From Candidatus Heimdallarchaeota archaeon (lineage in GTDB: Archaea > Asgardarchaeota > Heimdallarchaeia > JABLTI01): a DNA stretch of 64,000 nt. Under the pieces are notes generated by a model. That model ran no database searches. It was not told the DNA's origin and saw only the letters and a program-made list of their open reading frames with translations. This document shows, one piece after another, positions 10,201 to 19,974 of this stretch; the first letter of the stretch is position 1, and each line of letters opens with the position of its first letter. Location: positions 1 through 64,000 of the forward strand of contig JAHLVW010000083.1 in assembly GCA_019058275.1 (NCBI GenBank), in the 5' to 3' direction. A program made the position numbers and the translations under genes.

Positions 10201-12071
10201 ATACGTTCATTATTGACAACATTCCCGAACCACCTACAATTGATATTTTATATCCTAATGGTGGGGAAATGCTAAATGGCTCTGTTCTATTAACTTGGAA
10301 TGCAACAGATCCTGATCTAGACATTCTTTATTTTACACTCTACTATTGGAATGGAATTGCTTGGATAGAGATAGTGAACAGCATTACTACTATGAGTTAC
10401 CTCTGGAATACAGTAACTATTCCTAAAGGTTCATTTTACCTTATTCGAGTAAATGTAACAGATGGTGATTTCAACTTAAGTGATGTATCTGATGGTGTTT
10501 TTGATATAAATCAACCGCCAGAACTGGAAATAACCTATCCAAACGACGGAGAGATTGTCTGGGGTGTAGTAACAATCACTTGGACTGGTTATGACCCAGA
10601 CGGGTTGTTGCTGAACTTTACACTGGAATATTGGAATGGTACTGACTGGGTTTTCATAGTAGAAGTTGTAAACGAAAATCAGTATGAATGGAATGTTACT
10701 TTGTTTACTGAATGGATTTATTATGAATTAAGGATTACAACTGAGGATGACTATTGGACAATAGTAGATTATACAAACAGTACTTTTGTAATTGATCATC
10801 CCGAACCTCCGACTGTGAGTTTGGTAACACTAACTGGTGGAGAAACAATAGGCGGTGATTTCGTAATCATCTGGAATGCTTTTGATCCAGATTATGGTGC
10901 AAGCTTATTAGCAACGCTATATTACTGGAATGTTAGTAGCTGGATAGCAATTGCAACTGGAATAAATGAATCCTACTATTTATGGAACACACGTCCAATT
11001 CTGAGTGGTTCTGATTATCTTTTACGAATTAATCTAACAGATGGTATGTTTACAGTCACTGATCAATCATTGTCTCCCTTTACAATTGATCATGTTCCTT
11101 ATGTTACAATACAATATCCCAATGGCGGAGAAGTGGTTTCAGGAGCGTTCTTCATTAATTGGGATGAAACAGAATATGATGGGGATGTATTAACATATAC
11201 TTTGTATTATTCTGAAAATTCAGGGGTAAACTGGACCTATATGAGTACTGTAATAGGTTCTACTAGTTACTTCTGGAGTACGATTAGTCTAGTTGATAGA
11301 GCAACATATCGCATACGAATAGTAGTTGATGATGGAAATTTCACAAACGAAGATATCACAGATGCTGATTTTACAGTTTACAATCCAGATCTACCTACTG
11401 TTAATATTGATACAATAGCAAGTCCTGTTAGTGGCATTATTACCATCACATGGACAGCTTCAGATTTAGACAATGAATCTTTACATTTCACTTTATTCTA
11501 TAGAAGAGGTGTTAGTAGCTGGACTAGCTTTGTGTATAATCTTATTGATCAGACAAGTTATCAATTTGATACTACATTATACACAGATGGAATTGATTAT
11601 CACATAAGGATAACAGTTACAGATGGATATTTTTATGTCACTGATGAATCAAACGCATTTATTATAGATAATTATGAACAAGCACCTACAGTAGCATTAG
11701 TTAATCCAACAGGAGGAGAATCATTTTCAGGAAATGTGAACATCAGATGGGATGGAAATGATCTAGATGGTGACATACTTGTTTATTCCATTTATATTTG
11801 GGATGGAACAAGTTGGGAGAAAATTGCTAGCGAGTTAACTTTTGAATCCTATTTCTGGAATACGGAAACAGTTCCGAATGGTGTCTATGAACTAAAAGTA
11901 ATAGCATCAGATGGTGTTTTCACTGCAGAAGCTCAAACTGACTACCCATTCACTGTTGAAAATCAAACTGAGGATTTAGGTGTAGGAATGATTGGAATTA
12001 GCTTGCTTACAATAACAGCTTTGGGCATTGTAGTAATATTCACAATAAAATCAAGAAGAAAACAAAGATGA
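7272..12071 (+). CDS. Large cell-surface glycoprotein (NIDO-like, CARDB-like, two GATase/DUF4350-like units, about six Ig-like PNGGE repeats, C-terminal TM anchor)
   Basis: Signal-like hydrophobic N-terminus (true start probably near 7359). LPFNFEFYDQSF...SSNGW. Repeated P(N/D/T)GGE...W...D.DGD.L.Y..Y...W units. Many NxS/T sites. TM followed by KSRRKQR. Confidence 0.8.
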   Translation: MIKNIFYANCSLFNLDNHLQVRGLIKGFIMINVRKAFRITIFIGILICMVSPLFIQGLLLSNQFDDASKWNKESIIDENLLDSTQDKGIEDSQSINALVNFIMDDTTPYNWIDATSGSVLSLSDDSYASVPLPFNFEFYDQSFDTLYVSSNGWMSFTNTNPFEIIYGSYPKSDTAYHYSISLYGDDLYPSGDVYAYSDSDKVVIEYLSIDNYGGGEAGTFELVLYKNGDILFQYDYLSTVVSPTVGLNYGPDITYYNNYVGLSSSIDNFAIYFTSYTPDHELSYGLETPNYLERGENVIINATVSNIGLNTEVNVELQLWIDDNLVASQTYPVLNVDDYQTLQYSWTPLSFRTYNVTSYVVPVSNENNVFNIKVTDFVVVVDPNSRIAFITTHGENSMPALRTYYEGVGYYVDDVTSIITENLLSSYALVFAGESGSFWSSAEVAAMENYIIGGGVFVGIGDSNPADGVSQLGASYGITFTGTGTGYTGSSVNINTTHPMMEGVNSVYIPSPFNDLLLSGDAVEIFRDSSDTAIYGASIDIDRGHFAVLADDFYEVIYIADNEIMFANFLNWRSLYDLEADYLFNNKSSYDVIIDVDASENTFLVTANSTNNISALVENLGGYNETNVGINIYANNSLVNNSVIPEISIGEIAEYQCNWTPAVAGFYEMLISIVPHENESYLYNNVTFNVLVLNPAKSIGFIRTHGVQEITNLKSFYSNLNYSTHSLFSDVTDEILNAFQYIFIGEGGGVYSLEEIQAVDNYIANGGICVCIGNSPAHIARELALNHNITYTDTSLGVNLTTTVIDSTHVLLQDVSSVFLPTVFNALQVSDEARAFIWDSTDTGIYGATVDVETGHLCILSDDFAEYLYSDDNEVLFSNILLWKERLLVDIINPDGGERLEGEYLVNWITFNHDDITLNFTLYYWDDVSPGWVLIVENLINDTSYLWNTSKIADGVFYRLMIIVSDGNISAIDYSEDTFIIDNIPEPPTIDILYPNGGEMLNGSVLLTWNATDPDLDILYFTLYYWNGIAWIEIVNSITTMSYLWNTVTIPKGSFYLIRVNVTDGDFNLSDVSDGVFDINQPPELEITYPNDGEIVWGVVTITWTGYDPDGLLLNFTLEYWNGTDWVFIVEVVNENQYEWNVTLFTEWIYYELRITTEDDYWTIVDYTNSTFVIDHPEPPTVSLVTLTGGETIGGDFVIIWNAFDPDYGASLLATLYYWNVSSWIAIATGINESYYLWNTRPILSGSDYLLRINLTDGMFTVTDQSLSPFTIDHVPYVTIQYPNGGEVVSGAFFINWDETEYDGDVLTYTLYYSENSGVNWTYMSTVIGSTSYFWSTISLVDRATYRIRIVVDDGNFTNEDITDADFTVYNPDLPTVNIDTIASPVSGIITITWTASDLDNESLHFTLFYRRGVSSWTSFVYNLIDQTSYQFDTTLYTDGIDYHIRITVTDGYFYVTDESNAFIIDNYEQAPTVALVNPTGGESFSGNVNIRWDGNDLDGDILVYSIYIWDGTSWEKIASELTFESYFWNTETVPNGVYELKVIASDGVFTAEAQTDYPFTVENQTEDLGVGMIGISLLTITALGIVVIFTIKSRRKQR

Positions 12072-12271
12072 TTTTCTTTTTGATAATTTTCTCTGTATTT
12101 CAAAGCTAATTGTTAGAAATGATTTACTATCTTGGTTATTGGAGGAAATTCAGTAAACCTAGTCCTTTACAAAATCTAGTTTGTTGAGAAGATTTTTTAT
12201 ACTTCAACCTAACACTTATGATTATCTGATTTATCTCAAAACTACATGGGATTAATACAGGGTTAAATAAG

Positions 12272-15178
12272 ATGAAAAAGGCAAGTTCCATTCAAGCTAT
12301 TATATTCGCTTTAATTGCTGTTATTACTTTTAGTTCTCTCTTGAGTCAAGGAATTTTATTTACTAACCACTCTCAGAATTTGAAGAAAACTTTCGACAGT
12401 AATTCTCTCGAGAAAAAAAGATTAGAAGGGAATGAATCTTTCAAGTTTGATGGTAGTTTCACCTCTGGTAATAAACAAATTGCTCCTTTAAATTCTGTGC
12501 TTAAGCAAGCTGGAATGAGAACTGATTTATTTAAAGATGCAAACAATGCACAAGTTCAAGTTAATGGTAATTTTGTAAGTATGTTAGTTGGTGGAACTAA
12601 TGATTTTTTCAGCTCCAAACCAACATTTACAAACATCATTGATGACACTAATGCAGTTATCAAAGAAAGATTATCAAAACTAGATGTTGTAGTAGTAGAT
12701 GTTCCTGTAGATTCTCTTGAGTATTTTATTGAAATGTGTTTAGAGCTTTCTACAATTAGATATGTAGAACCTAATTATATCATGTCTGTAGAAGGTACAC
12801 CTAATGATCCTAATTGGGACGTGCAATGGGGACCGGAGCGAATTGAAGCTGATAGAGCTTGGAGTTTACAGAGTGGTTCTGGAAGCTCTGTTTTGGTTGC
12901 AGTTATTGATACAGGCATTGATTATAATCATCCTGATCTAAGCTCACAATACATTGCTCTTGGTTATGATTTCGAAAATGGTGATAATGATCCTATGGAT
13001 GACTACAATCATGGCACTCATTGTGCAGGTATTATTACAGCAACGATAAACAATTCCATTGGTATTGCAGGAGTTGCTGACATACAAGTAATGGCTGTAA
13101 AAACCTTTGATAATTTAGGTTATGGTAATGTAAGTACTGCAGCTCAAAGTATTGTTTATGCTGTTGATGCGGGTGCAGATATTCTTTCAAATAGCTATGG
13201 ATTTCCACCTGCGACTGTCTTAAGAGATGCTTGCATTTATGCAGTCGATAATGATGTTATTGTTATAGCTTCAGCAGGAAATGATGCAAATACCGTTCCA
13301 AATTATCCAGCTGCCTATTCAGAGGTAATTTCAGTCAGTGCCACAGATGATAACGATAATCTAGCAAGCTTTAGCAGTTACGGTTCAACAATTGAAACAG
13401 CTGCTCCAGGTGTAGGTATTTATTCATGTATACGAACAGCTGCTGGCAGTTATGGTTACATGAGCGGAACATCAATGGCATGTCCACATGTTGCAGGAGT
13501 TGCAGCACTAGTTAGAGCTGAATTTCCAAGCTGGGAAGTTAATAGAGTTAGGAATCGTCTCATATCATCAGTAGAAGATTTAGGAACTACTGGATGGGAT
13601 CAATACTTTGGTTATGGGTTAATTAATGCCTATCAGGCTGTTTTACAACCTCCATCCCATGACCTTAATGTGGAACTTGAAACTCCATCCAATGTTGAGG
13701 TGTTTACTACTCATTTAGTAAATGCAACAGTATCCAATTGGGGATTAAGTGATGAAACAAATGTTCAGGTGAAACTATTCATTAATGAAGCAGAAGTTGC
13801 AAGTCAAACGTATACCAATTTATTTGTTGATCAATCTGAAACATTATCTTATTCATGGGAACCTACAGCAGAGGATACCTACAATATTACAGCTTTTGTG
13901 GAACCTGTTACTGGTGAAACAAATACAGAGAATAATTTGGTAACTGCAGATGTGATTGCTGCAGAATTAACTAATTATCTAATGGATGATAGTGTATCAT
14001 ATCAATGGATTGATGCGACAAGTGGCACACTTTTACAACTAAGTGATGATGATTATGAAGCTGTTTCATTGCCATTCAGCTTTAAATTCTATGACCAATC
14101 GTTTAACACCTTATATGTCAGTAGCAATGGTTGGATGTCGTTTGTCAATACCTATCCTGTTGATTATATTAATGTTAGTTTTCCATCTAGTTACTCTGAA
14201 TACTCCTATGCAATTGCTTTGTACTGGGATGATTTGGATCCAGTTGGTAATGTGTATTCGTATACAGATTCAGAAAAAGTAGTAATTGAATACCTAGGTA
14301 TAGATAATTACGGAGGAGCAGAAGCTGGAACGTTTGAATTAGTGCTTTACAGAAATGGAAATATTCTGTTTCAATATGATTATCTCACAACTGTCGATTC
14401 ACCAACTATAGGTCTTAATTATGGACCAAATACAGGTTACTATAATGTTTATAGTGGTATTTCAAACTCAACCGATGATTTAGCGATTCTATTTACAAAA
14501 AATCCAATAGAAGCAACTATTGATGATATTCCAGAAGAGGTTTTTGATACATTAGTTATTTCCTGGACAGCTTCTGGTGAATCTCTTAGATTTAACTTGC
14601 TTTACAGAATTGGAGATCAAAGTTGGGAAACTATAGCAACTAATCTAATGGGAGTCACCAGTTATAATCTAGATTCAACGTTGTTACCTGATGGTGTGGA
14701 CTATCAAATTCTAATTTATGCGACAGATGGAATTTTCTCAGACAATGATACATCAAACCGCTTCATAATAAACAACATAGAAGAGCAGCCTGTTCTTAGC
14801 TTGTTAACTCCTGTTGGTAGTAGCATTTATTCTGGTGACATTACAATATCCTGGACAGGTAGTGATCCAGACGGTGATGATTTAACTTACTCGATTTATA
14901 TCAAGAGTAATGATGATTGGATAAGAATCTTTCAAGATTTAACAAATACTAGCATAATTTGGGATACTACGACAGTTGAAAATGGTGATTACGAATTAAA
15001 AGTAGAAGCAAATGACGGGATGTTTACAACTAGCGCTCAAACAGATTCTCTGTTCACTATTGAGAATCCTAAAATGAAAAGAGTTGGTATGTCAATTTTT
15101 GGTACCATCTTAATTGCTTTAGGTGCACTAAGTACTGTTATCGTAATAACACAAAGGTCAAAAAGAAAACGTGAATAG
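12272..15178 (+). CDS. Membrane-anchored S8 subtilisin-like protease with CARDB, NIDO-like and Ig-like domains
   Basis: Catalytic triad VIDTG, HGTHCAG, GTSMA. Oxyanion SAGN. Signal peptide and C-terminal TM with basic tail. Confidence 0.9.
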   Translation: MKKASSIQAIIFALIAVITFSSLLSQGILFTNHSQNLKKTFDSNSLEKKRLEGNESFKFDGSFTSGNKQIAPLNSVLKQAGMRTDLFKDANNAQVQVNGNFVSMLVGGTNDFFSSKPTFTNIIDDTNAVIKERLSKLDVVVVDVPVDSLEYFIEMCLELSTIRYVEPNYIMSVEGTPNDPNWDVQWGPERIEADRAWSLQSGSGSSVLVAVIDTGIDYNHPDLSSQYIALGYDFENGDNDPMDDYNHGTHCAGIITATINNSIGIAGVADIQVMAVKTFDNLGYGNVSTAAQSIVYAVDAGADILSNSYGFPPATVLRDACIYAVDNDVIVIASAGNDANTVPNYPAAYSEVISVSATDDNDNLASFSSYGSTIETAAPGVGIYSCIRTAAGSYGYMSGTSMACPHVAGVAALVRAEFPSWEVNRVRNRLISSVEDLGTTGWDQYFGYGLINAYQAVLQPPSHDLNVELETPSNVEVFTTHLVNATVSNWGLSDETNVQVKLFINEAEVASQTYTNLFVDQSETLSYSWEPTAEDTYNITAFVEPVTGETNTENNLVTADVIAAELTNYLMDDSVSYQWIDATSGTLLQLSDDDYEAVSLPFSFKFYDQSFNTLYVSSNGWMSFVNTYPVDYINVSFPSSYSEYSYAIALYWDDLDPVGNVYSYTDSEKVVIEYLGIDNYGGAEAGTFELVLYRNGNILFQYDYLTTVDSPTIGLNYGPNTGYYNVYSGISNSTDDLAILFTKNPIEATIDDIPEEVFDTLVISWTASGESLRFNLLYRIGDQSWETIATNLMGVTSYNLDSTLLPDGVDYQILIYATDGIFSDNDTSNRFIINNIEEQPVLSLLTPVGSSIYSGDITISWTGSDPDGDDLTYSIYIKSNDDWIRIFQDLTNTSIIWDTTTVENGDYELKVEANDGMFTTSAQTDSLFTIENPKMKRVGMSIFGTILIALGALSTVIVITQRSKRKRE
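13975..14450 (+). repeat. DNA-level duplicate of the NIDO-like module at about 7575-8050
   Basis: For example gtaattgaatac.taagtatagataattacggaggag..gaagc.ggaac.tt.gaatt.gtg occurs near 7878 and near 14282. Confidence 0.8.
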
Positions 15179-15275
15179 TTTTTTGATTCTTTTTTTCTTT
15201 TTCTTATCCAAATTTTTTAATATTTTAGACACTTTTTAGCGAAATATAGAATAGATTAAAAACTGACTTGTTGAT

Positions 15276-16040
15276 TTGCTTCCAATAGTGATTTATTTGA
15301 ACTCTGAATGTCCTATCAGCAGAAATATCTCATTGCTAGAGAGTGATGACCCACAAGTAAAACTAAGTGCTGTAGAAGCTTTGGGAAGATTCATGAGTAA
15401 ACGAGCTGTTGAACCATTATTAGAATTAACAAAGACAGAAACAGATGTTAAAGTTCGAAGATCGTTAATGTTATCTCTCTCATTATTAGGTGATGATAAA
15501 GTTTTACCTATTTTACTAGATGTGATAAAAAACGATTCTGATATTGAAACAAGAAGAAATGCTGCTGGAGGATTGCGATTCTTTGGTGATAAAATTAATG
15601 CTCAATACCTTGTTTCACTTATGCTAGATGAATCTGATAAATCCATCAGAAATGTTCTTGTAAGTACTGTTATTTTCTTGAGGGATAAAACATTAATTCC
15701 ACAATTACTCTGGTATTTCGAAATGGTAGAGTCTCAAGAATTAAAAGAATGTTTGTTGGAAATTATGGGATCGTTTGATGACCAACGAACAAAAGAGCTA
15801 TTAATAAAATGTATTTCACCAGAATTTAGTCGTGAAATACGATTAATCGCTACAATTTCTATGGGGAAATTAGATGATGTTTCCTTTATTCCTCATCTTT
15901 TTGAAATTTATAAAAATGATGAGAATGAAGAAGTTCGTATACGAGCTGAGAAGTTTTTAGATGAACTCTCAATTCTTTTAGGATATAGCTCTATTGATCA
16001 AATGGTTCTAGATTATATTCAAAAATCAAAAGAAGTCTAA
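15276..16040 (+). CDS. HEAT/PBS-lyase repeat protein
   Basis: Repeated D.D..VR..A..ALG.....AV..L units. Confidence 0.8.
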   Translation: MLPIVIYLNSECPISRNISLLESDDPQVKLSAVEALGRFMSKRAVEPLLELTKTETDVKVRRSLMLSLSLLGDDKVLPILLDVIKNDSDIETRRNAAGGLRFFGDKINAQYLVSLMLDESDKSIRNVLVSTVIFLRDKTLIPQLLWYFEMVESQELKECLLEIMGSFDDQRTKELLIKCISPEFSREIRLIATISMGKLDDVSFIPHLFEIYKNDENEEVRIRAEKFLDELSILLGYSSIDQMVLDYIQKSKEV

Positions 16041-16136
16041 TGCACTAGAATAATCACTTTCTAAGAAATATTAAGGACTTATTTTTAGAAGGAAAGTCTA
16101 AAAAACTTCTAGTGCTAAAGGTTATGAAGATAATTT

Positions 16137-16799
16137 GTGATAATAACTAGTTTGGTGGAAATAATGGACATCAGCAAAGAATGTAAAGAATCTATAGTTA
16201 ATGGCAATAAATCTCAAGCTGAAGAATTAGCTAAAAAAGCAGTTAAGGAAGGTCTTGATGTAGATCAAATCATTGATGCCTTTTCTGAAGCTATTAGAGA
16301 AATGGGAGATCTCTTTGAAGAAGGGGAAGTTTTTCTTCCTGAACTTATGAGAAGTGCTGAAGCTATGAAAACAGCAATGAATATTCTTACACCATTGCTT
16401 TCTGAAGGCAAAGCAAATCATATACTTGGTCGGGTAGTTATTGGAACAATTGAAGGTGACATTCATGATATTGGTAAAACACTAGTTGCATCAATACTAT
16501 CTGCTGAGGGATTCGAAGTCTATGACCTTGGGGCTGATGTTTCAGTTAATGATTTTATAGAAAAAGCTCTAGAAGTTGATGCTCACATTATTTGCATTTC
16601 TGCCTTATTGACTACTACAATGATTGGTCAAAGGAAACTCATTGAAGAACTAAAGGAAAGAAACATCAGAGATCGCTTTAAAGTGCTACTTGGAGGAGCA
16701 CCAGTTACTAAACAATGGGTTCAAGACATAGGAGCAGATGGAACTGCAGAAAATGCAGTGAGTGCAACTAAACTTGCTAAGAAATTACTGGGGCACTAA
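16137..16799 (+). CDS. Corrinoid (B12-binding) methyl-carrier protein, MttC/MtbC-like
   Basis: GEVFLPEL cap domain; GDIHDIGK (DxHxxG); SALLTTTM; GGAP. Start probably ATG at 16164. Confidence 0.9.
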   Translation: MIITSLVEIMDISKECKESIVNGNKSQAEELAKKAVKEGLDVDQIIDAFSEAIREMGDLFEEGEVFLPELMRSAEAMKTAMNILTPLLSEGKANHILGRVVIGTIEGDIHDIGKTLVASILSAEGFEVYDLGADVSVNDFIEKALEVDAHIICISALLTTTMIGQRKLIEELKERNIRDRFKVLLGGAPVTKQWVQDIGADGTAENAVSATKLAKKLLGH

Positions 16800-16813
16800 G
16801 GAGTTGATTTTCT

Positions 16814-17695
16814 ATGGGAAAAGAGAGTATTCTTGAAAAAATCAAGAGAAGAATAGTAGTACTAGATGGAGCTATGGGTTCAATGCTAATAGATCAAGGT
16901 TTACCTGCTGGAACACCACCAGAATATTGGAATGTAAGTAATCCTGAGAAAGTACAAAAAGTTCACAAAGATTATTTTGATGCTGGTTCTGATGCTGTTT
17001 TAACTAACACTTTTGGAGGTTCAAGATTAAAACTAGCTGCACATAAGCATGGGAGTAGTGTTGAAAAATATAATAGAAAAGCTGTTGAGTTAGCTAAAGA
17101 AATTTGTCCAGATGATTGTTATGTAGCTGGTGACATTGGCCCTTCCGGTGCTTTTCTACCACCAGTCGGAACTATTACTATTGAGGAATTTGAGGAAAAT
17201 TATCTCGAGCAAACAAAAATATTGGCTGAAGCTGATGTAGATTTCTTCTTTATTGAAACAATGGTTGATATCAAAGAAGCTGAAGCAGCAGTTAAAGCAG
17301 CTAAAAAAGTGTCAAATAAACCAGTATTTGCATCAATAACTTATCAAAAAACAAAGAGGGGTTATTTTACAATTATGGGTAACTCTGTTGAGCAATGCGT
17401 TGAAATATTGCAGAAGGCAGGAGCTGATGTTATTGGAGCAAATTGCACTATTGGTAGTGATGAAATGATTGATCTTATTCCACAACTCAAAAAAGTTTCA
17501 AAGGTACCTATCTGTGCAAAACCAAACGCTGGAAGACCTCAATTGATTGATGGTAAAACTGTTTATCCAACCACACCTAATGATTTTGCTCAAGATATTT
17601 TACAAATGGTTGAAAAACAAGTAAATGTCATTGGTGGCTGTTGTGGATCAAATCCTGCGTATATTAGAAAAATTGCCCAATTAGTAATGAGGTAG
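16814..17695 (+). CDS. Homocysteine S-methyltransferase (stand-alone MetH Hcy-binding domain)
   Basis: LDGAMG, TNTFG, ETM, GANC, PNAG and GGCCG zinc motifs. Confidence 0.9.
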   Translation: MGKESILEKIKRRIVVLDGAMGSMLIDQGLPAGTPPEYWNVSNPEKVQKVHKDYFDAGSDAVLTNTFGGSRLKLAAHKHGSSVEKYNRKAVELAKEICPDDCYVAGDIGPSGAFLPPVGTITIEEFEENYLEQTKILAEADVDFFFIETMVDIKEAEAAVKAAKKVSNKPVFASITYQKTKRGYFTIMGNSVEQCVEILQKAGADVIGANCTIGSDEMIDLIPQLKKVSKVPICAKPNAGRPQLIDGKTVYPTTPNDFAQDILQMVEKQVNVIGGCCGSNPAYIRKIAQLVMR

Positions 17696-17700
17696 AACAT

Positions 17701-18354
17701 TTGAGAATTCTTGAGGAAATTGAAATAACACTCGATGATAATGAAATATTCCATCTATTAAGAGCTGATAACAAATCAAGAAAGAATTCCAAAAAACCAT
17801 CCACAGATTTACTGAATGAAATTAGTGAAATGAAAGAAGCATCTCTTGATTTAATACAGCCTAAGGGAGTCTATGATTGTTTTGAGAGCCACAAGCTAAA
17901 CCCACGTTTTCTTTTTGAAAAATCTGAAAAAACCATTTTAGCTATATGCACAATTGGTGAGTCTTTGGAGAAAAGATGTTCGAAGTTTCTACAAGAAGGT
18001 GAACTAGCAAAAGGAGTTATTCTTGATGCTATTGCTTCACATGCTACTGAAGAAACAGCTTCCTCATTCAATAAATTAATTTTAAATGATTTAACTGAGG
18101 AAGTTGAAAATAAAGAAGTAACAAATAGATTCAGCCCAGGTTACTGTCAATGGATATTAGAAGTTGGACAGAGTTTAATTTTCTCTCTTTTACCTGCAGA
18201 AACTATCAATGTATCATTGAGTGCATCAATGATGATGATTCCTAGGAAATCAGTTTCTTTTGCGGTGAATTTTGGAGATAAGGTTGATAACGAACTAGGT
18301 ATTAGGGTATGCGAAACATGTAATTTAGTAAATTGTGCACATAGAAGAGTATAG
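17701..18354 (+). CDS. Methionine-synthase reactivation-domain-like protein
   Basis: CTIG..LE, DAIAS...E, RFSPGY and P.KSVS motifs; C-terminal CETC...C. Confidence 0.75.
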   Translation: MRILEEIEITLDDNEIFHLLRADNKSRKNSKKPSTDLLNEISEMKEASLDLIQPKGVYDCFESHKLNPRFLFEKSEKTILAICTIGESLEKRCSKFLQEGELAKGVILDAIASHATEETASSFNKLILNDLTEEVENKEVTNRFSPGYCQWILEVGQSLIFSLLPAETINVSLSASMMMIPRKSVSFAVNFGDKVDNELGIRVCETCNLVNCAHRRV

Positions 18355-18371
18355 GTTTACAATTTTACTCT

Positions 18372-19892
18372 TTGATTGCAAAAAATGTTTTTATGATGAG
18401 AAGATGTGTGGTACTAGACAAAAAAAGAAGTGGTTATCTAATGAGACCAGTAATAAATATTCTTGAAAATGAATTAAAGGAAAAGGTTGTCACAGAAGCA
18501 ATAGAAATTCTAGAAGAGATTGGAATCTTTATTGAAAATAATGAAGCTATTGAAATTCTACAGAATGCTGGAATTGATGTTAATCAAGAGAAAAATAGAG
18601 CGAAAATTCCTGCAGATATCGTTAGGAAATCAATAAAATCTGCACCTTCATCAATAACATTGTTTGACCGTGAGGGAAAAGAGGTTACAAAATTAGAAAA
18701 GGAAAATATCTGCTTTGATCCTGGATCTGCAGCTTTACAAGTACTAGATCCTGAAACAAATGAAATTCGTCTTGGCATATCAAAGGATCTTATAAATTTT
18801 ACAAAAGTTGTAGAACAATTGGAGTATATTCATGCTCAAAGCACAGCTATAATTTGTTCTGATGTTCCAGAAGTTGTAGCTGATAGATATCGTCTGTATT
18901 TAGCTTTAATTTACTCAAAGAAACCAGTTATTACAGGTACATTTGCTAAAGAGTCTTTTGAGATCATGAAGGATATGCTAGTCACTATTAGAGGTGGAGA
19001 AAAGGAACTAAGAAAGAAACCATTAGCAATTTTCGATGCATGTCCATCACCTCCTTTGAAATGGAGTGATTTGACTTGTCAAAGTATTATTGATGGAGCA
19101 AAATATGGCATTCCTTCAGAATTTGTTTCAATGCCTATGACCGGTGCGAACGCACCTGTTACTATTCTAGGAGCAATAGTTCAACATGCAGCTGAGACAT
19201 TAGCAGGTATTGTTATTACACAATTGGTTTCACCAAGAGCTCCTGTTATCTGGGGAGGTTCTCCAGCAGTTTTTGATATGAGAAAAGGAACAACCCCTAT
19301 GGGTTCTATTGATACAATGATTTTAGATTTAGGTTTTGTTGAAATTGGCAAGTATCTAAACTTCCCAACACATGCTTATTTGGGTATGTCTGATGCTAAA
19401 ATTCTAGATGCTCAAACTGGATTTGAAACAGGAATGGGAGCATTATTAGCTGGAATAAAAGGAGTCAACATGATTTCCGGAGCGGGTATGATTGATTTTG
19501 AAACAACTCAAAGTATTCAGAAAGTTGTCATTGATAATGAAATCTGCGGAATGGTTCACAAATTCATCAAAGGGATTACTCAAAGAGATGAACCAATTGC
19601 AAAACATTTACTAAAAGAATTTGACGAGAAAACTACTCATTTACTTTCACATGATCATACTTTGAAATGGTTTAAGGAAGAACAATTTATTCCAAGCATG
19701 GTTATTGACCGTTCTACTAACGAAGAATGGATAAATAAAGGTCGCAAATCTATAGGTCAAAGAGCTAATGAACGAGCTGAAAAGCTAATCAAAAAATATC
19801 CTGGCGTAACATTAGAAAAGGATATCATTAATGATTTATCAAAGATTATGAAATACAAAGATGTTGATTTCAAATCATTCTTAGATCTTTAA
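18372..19892 (+). CDS. Trimethylamine-methyltransferase (MttB) superfamily member, non-pyrrolysine
   Basis: SPPLKW, GANAPVT, AETLAG, FDMRKG, SDAK..DAQ.G.E and DNEI motifs. No in-frame TAG. Start probably ATG at 18441. Confidence 0.85.
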   Translation: MIAKNVFMMRRCVVLDKKRSGYLMRPVINILENELKEKVVTEAIEILEEIGIFIENNEAIEILQNAGIDVNQEKNRAKIPADIVRKSIKSAPSSITLFDREGKEVTKLEKENICFDPGSAALQVLDPETNEIRLGISKDLINFTKVVEQLEYIHAQSTAIICSDVPEVVADRYRLYLALIYSKKPVITGTFAKESFEIMKDMLVTIRGGEKELRKKPLAIFDACPSPPLKWSDLTCQSIIDGAKYGIPSEFVSMPMTGANAPVTILGAIVQHAAETLAGIVITQLVSPRAPVIWGGSPAVFDMRKGTTPMGSIDTMILDLGFVEIGKYLNFPTHAYLGMSDAKILDAQTGFETGMGALLAGIKGVNMISGAGMIDFETTQSIQKVVIDNEICGMVHKFIKGITQRDEPIAKHLLKEFDEKTTHLLSHDHTLKWFKEEQFIPSMVIDRSTNEEWINKGRKSIGQRANERAEKLIKKYPGVTLEKDIINDLSKIMKYKDVDFKSFLDL

Positions 19893-19974
19893 TTCAAGTA
19901 TTTGTATTATTATCTTTATTACTGAAAAGGTTAAAAGGTAATTATATCTCCTAATGTGAAAGGATGTTTGCAAA

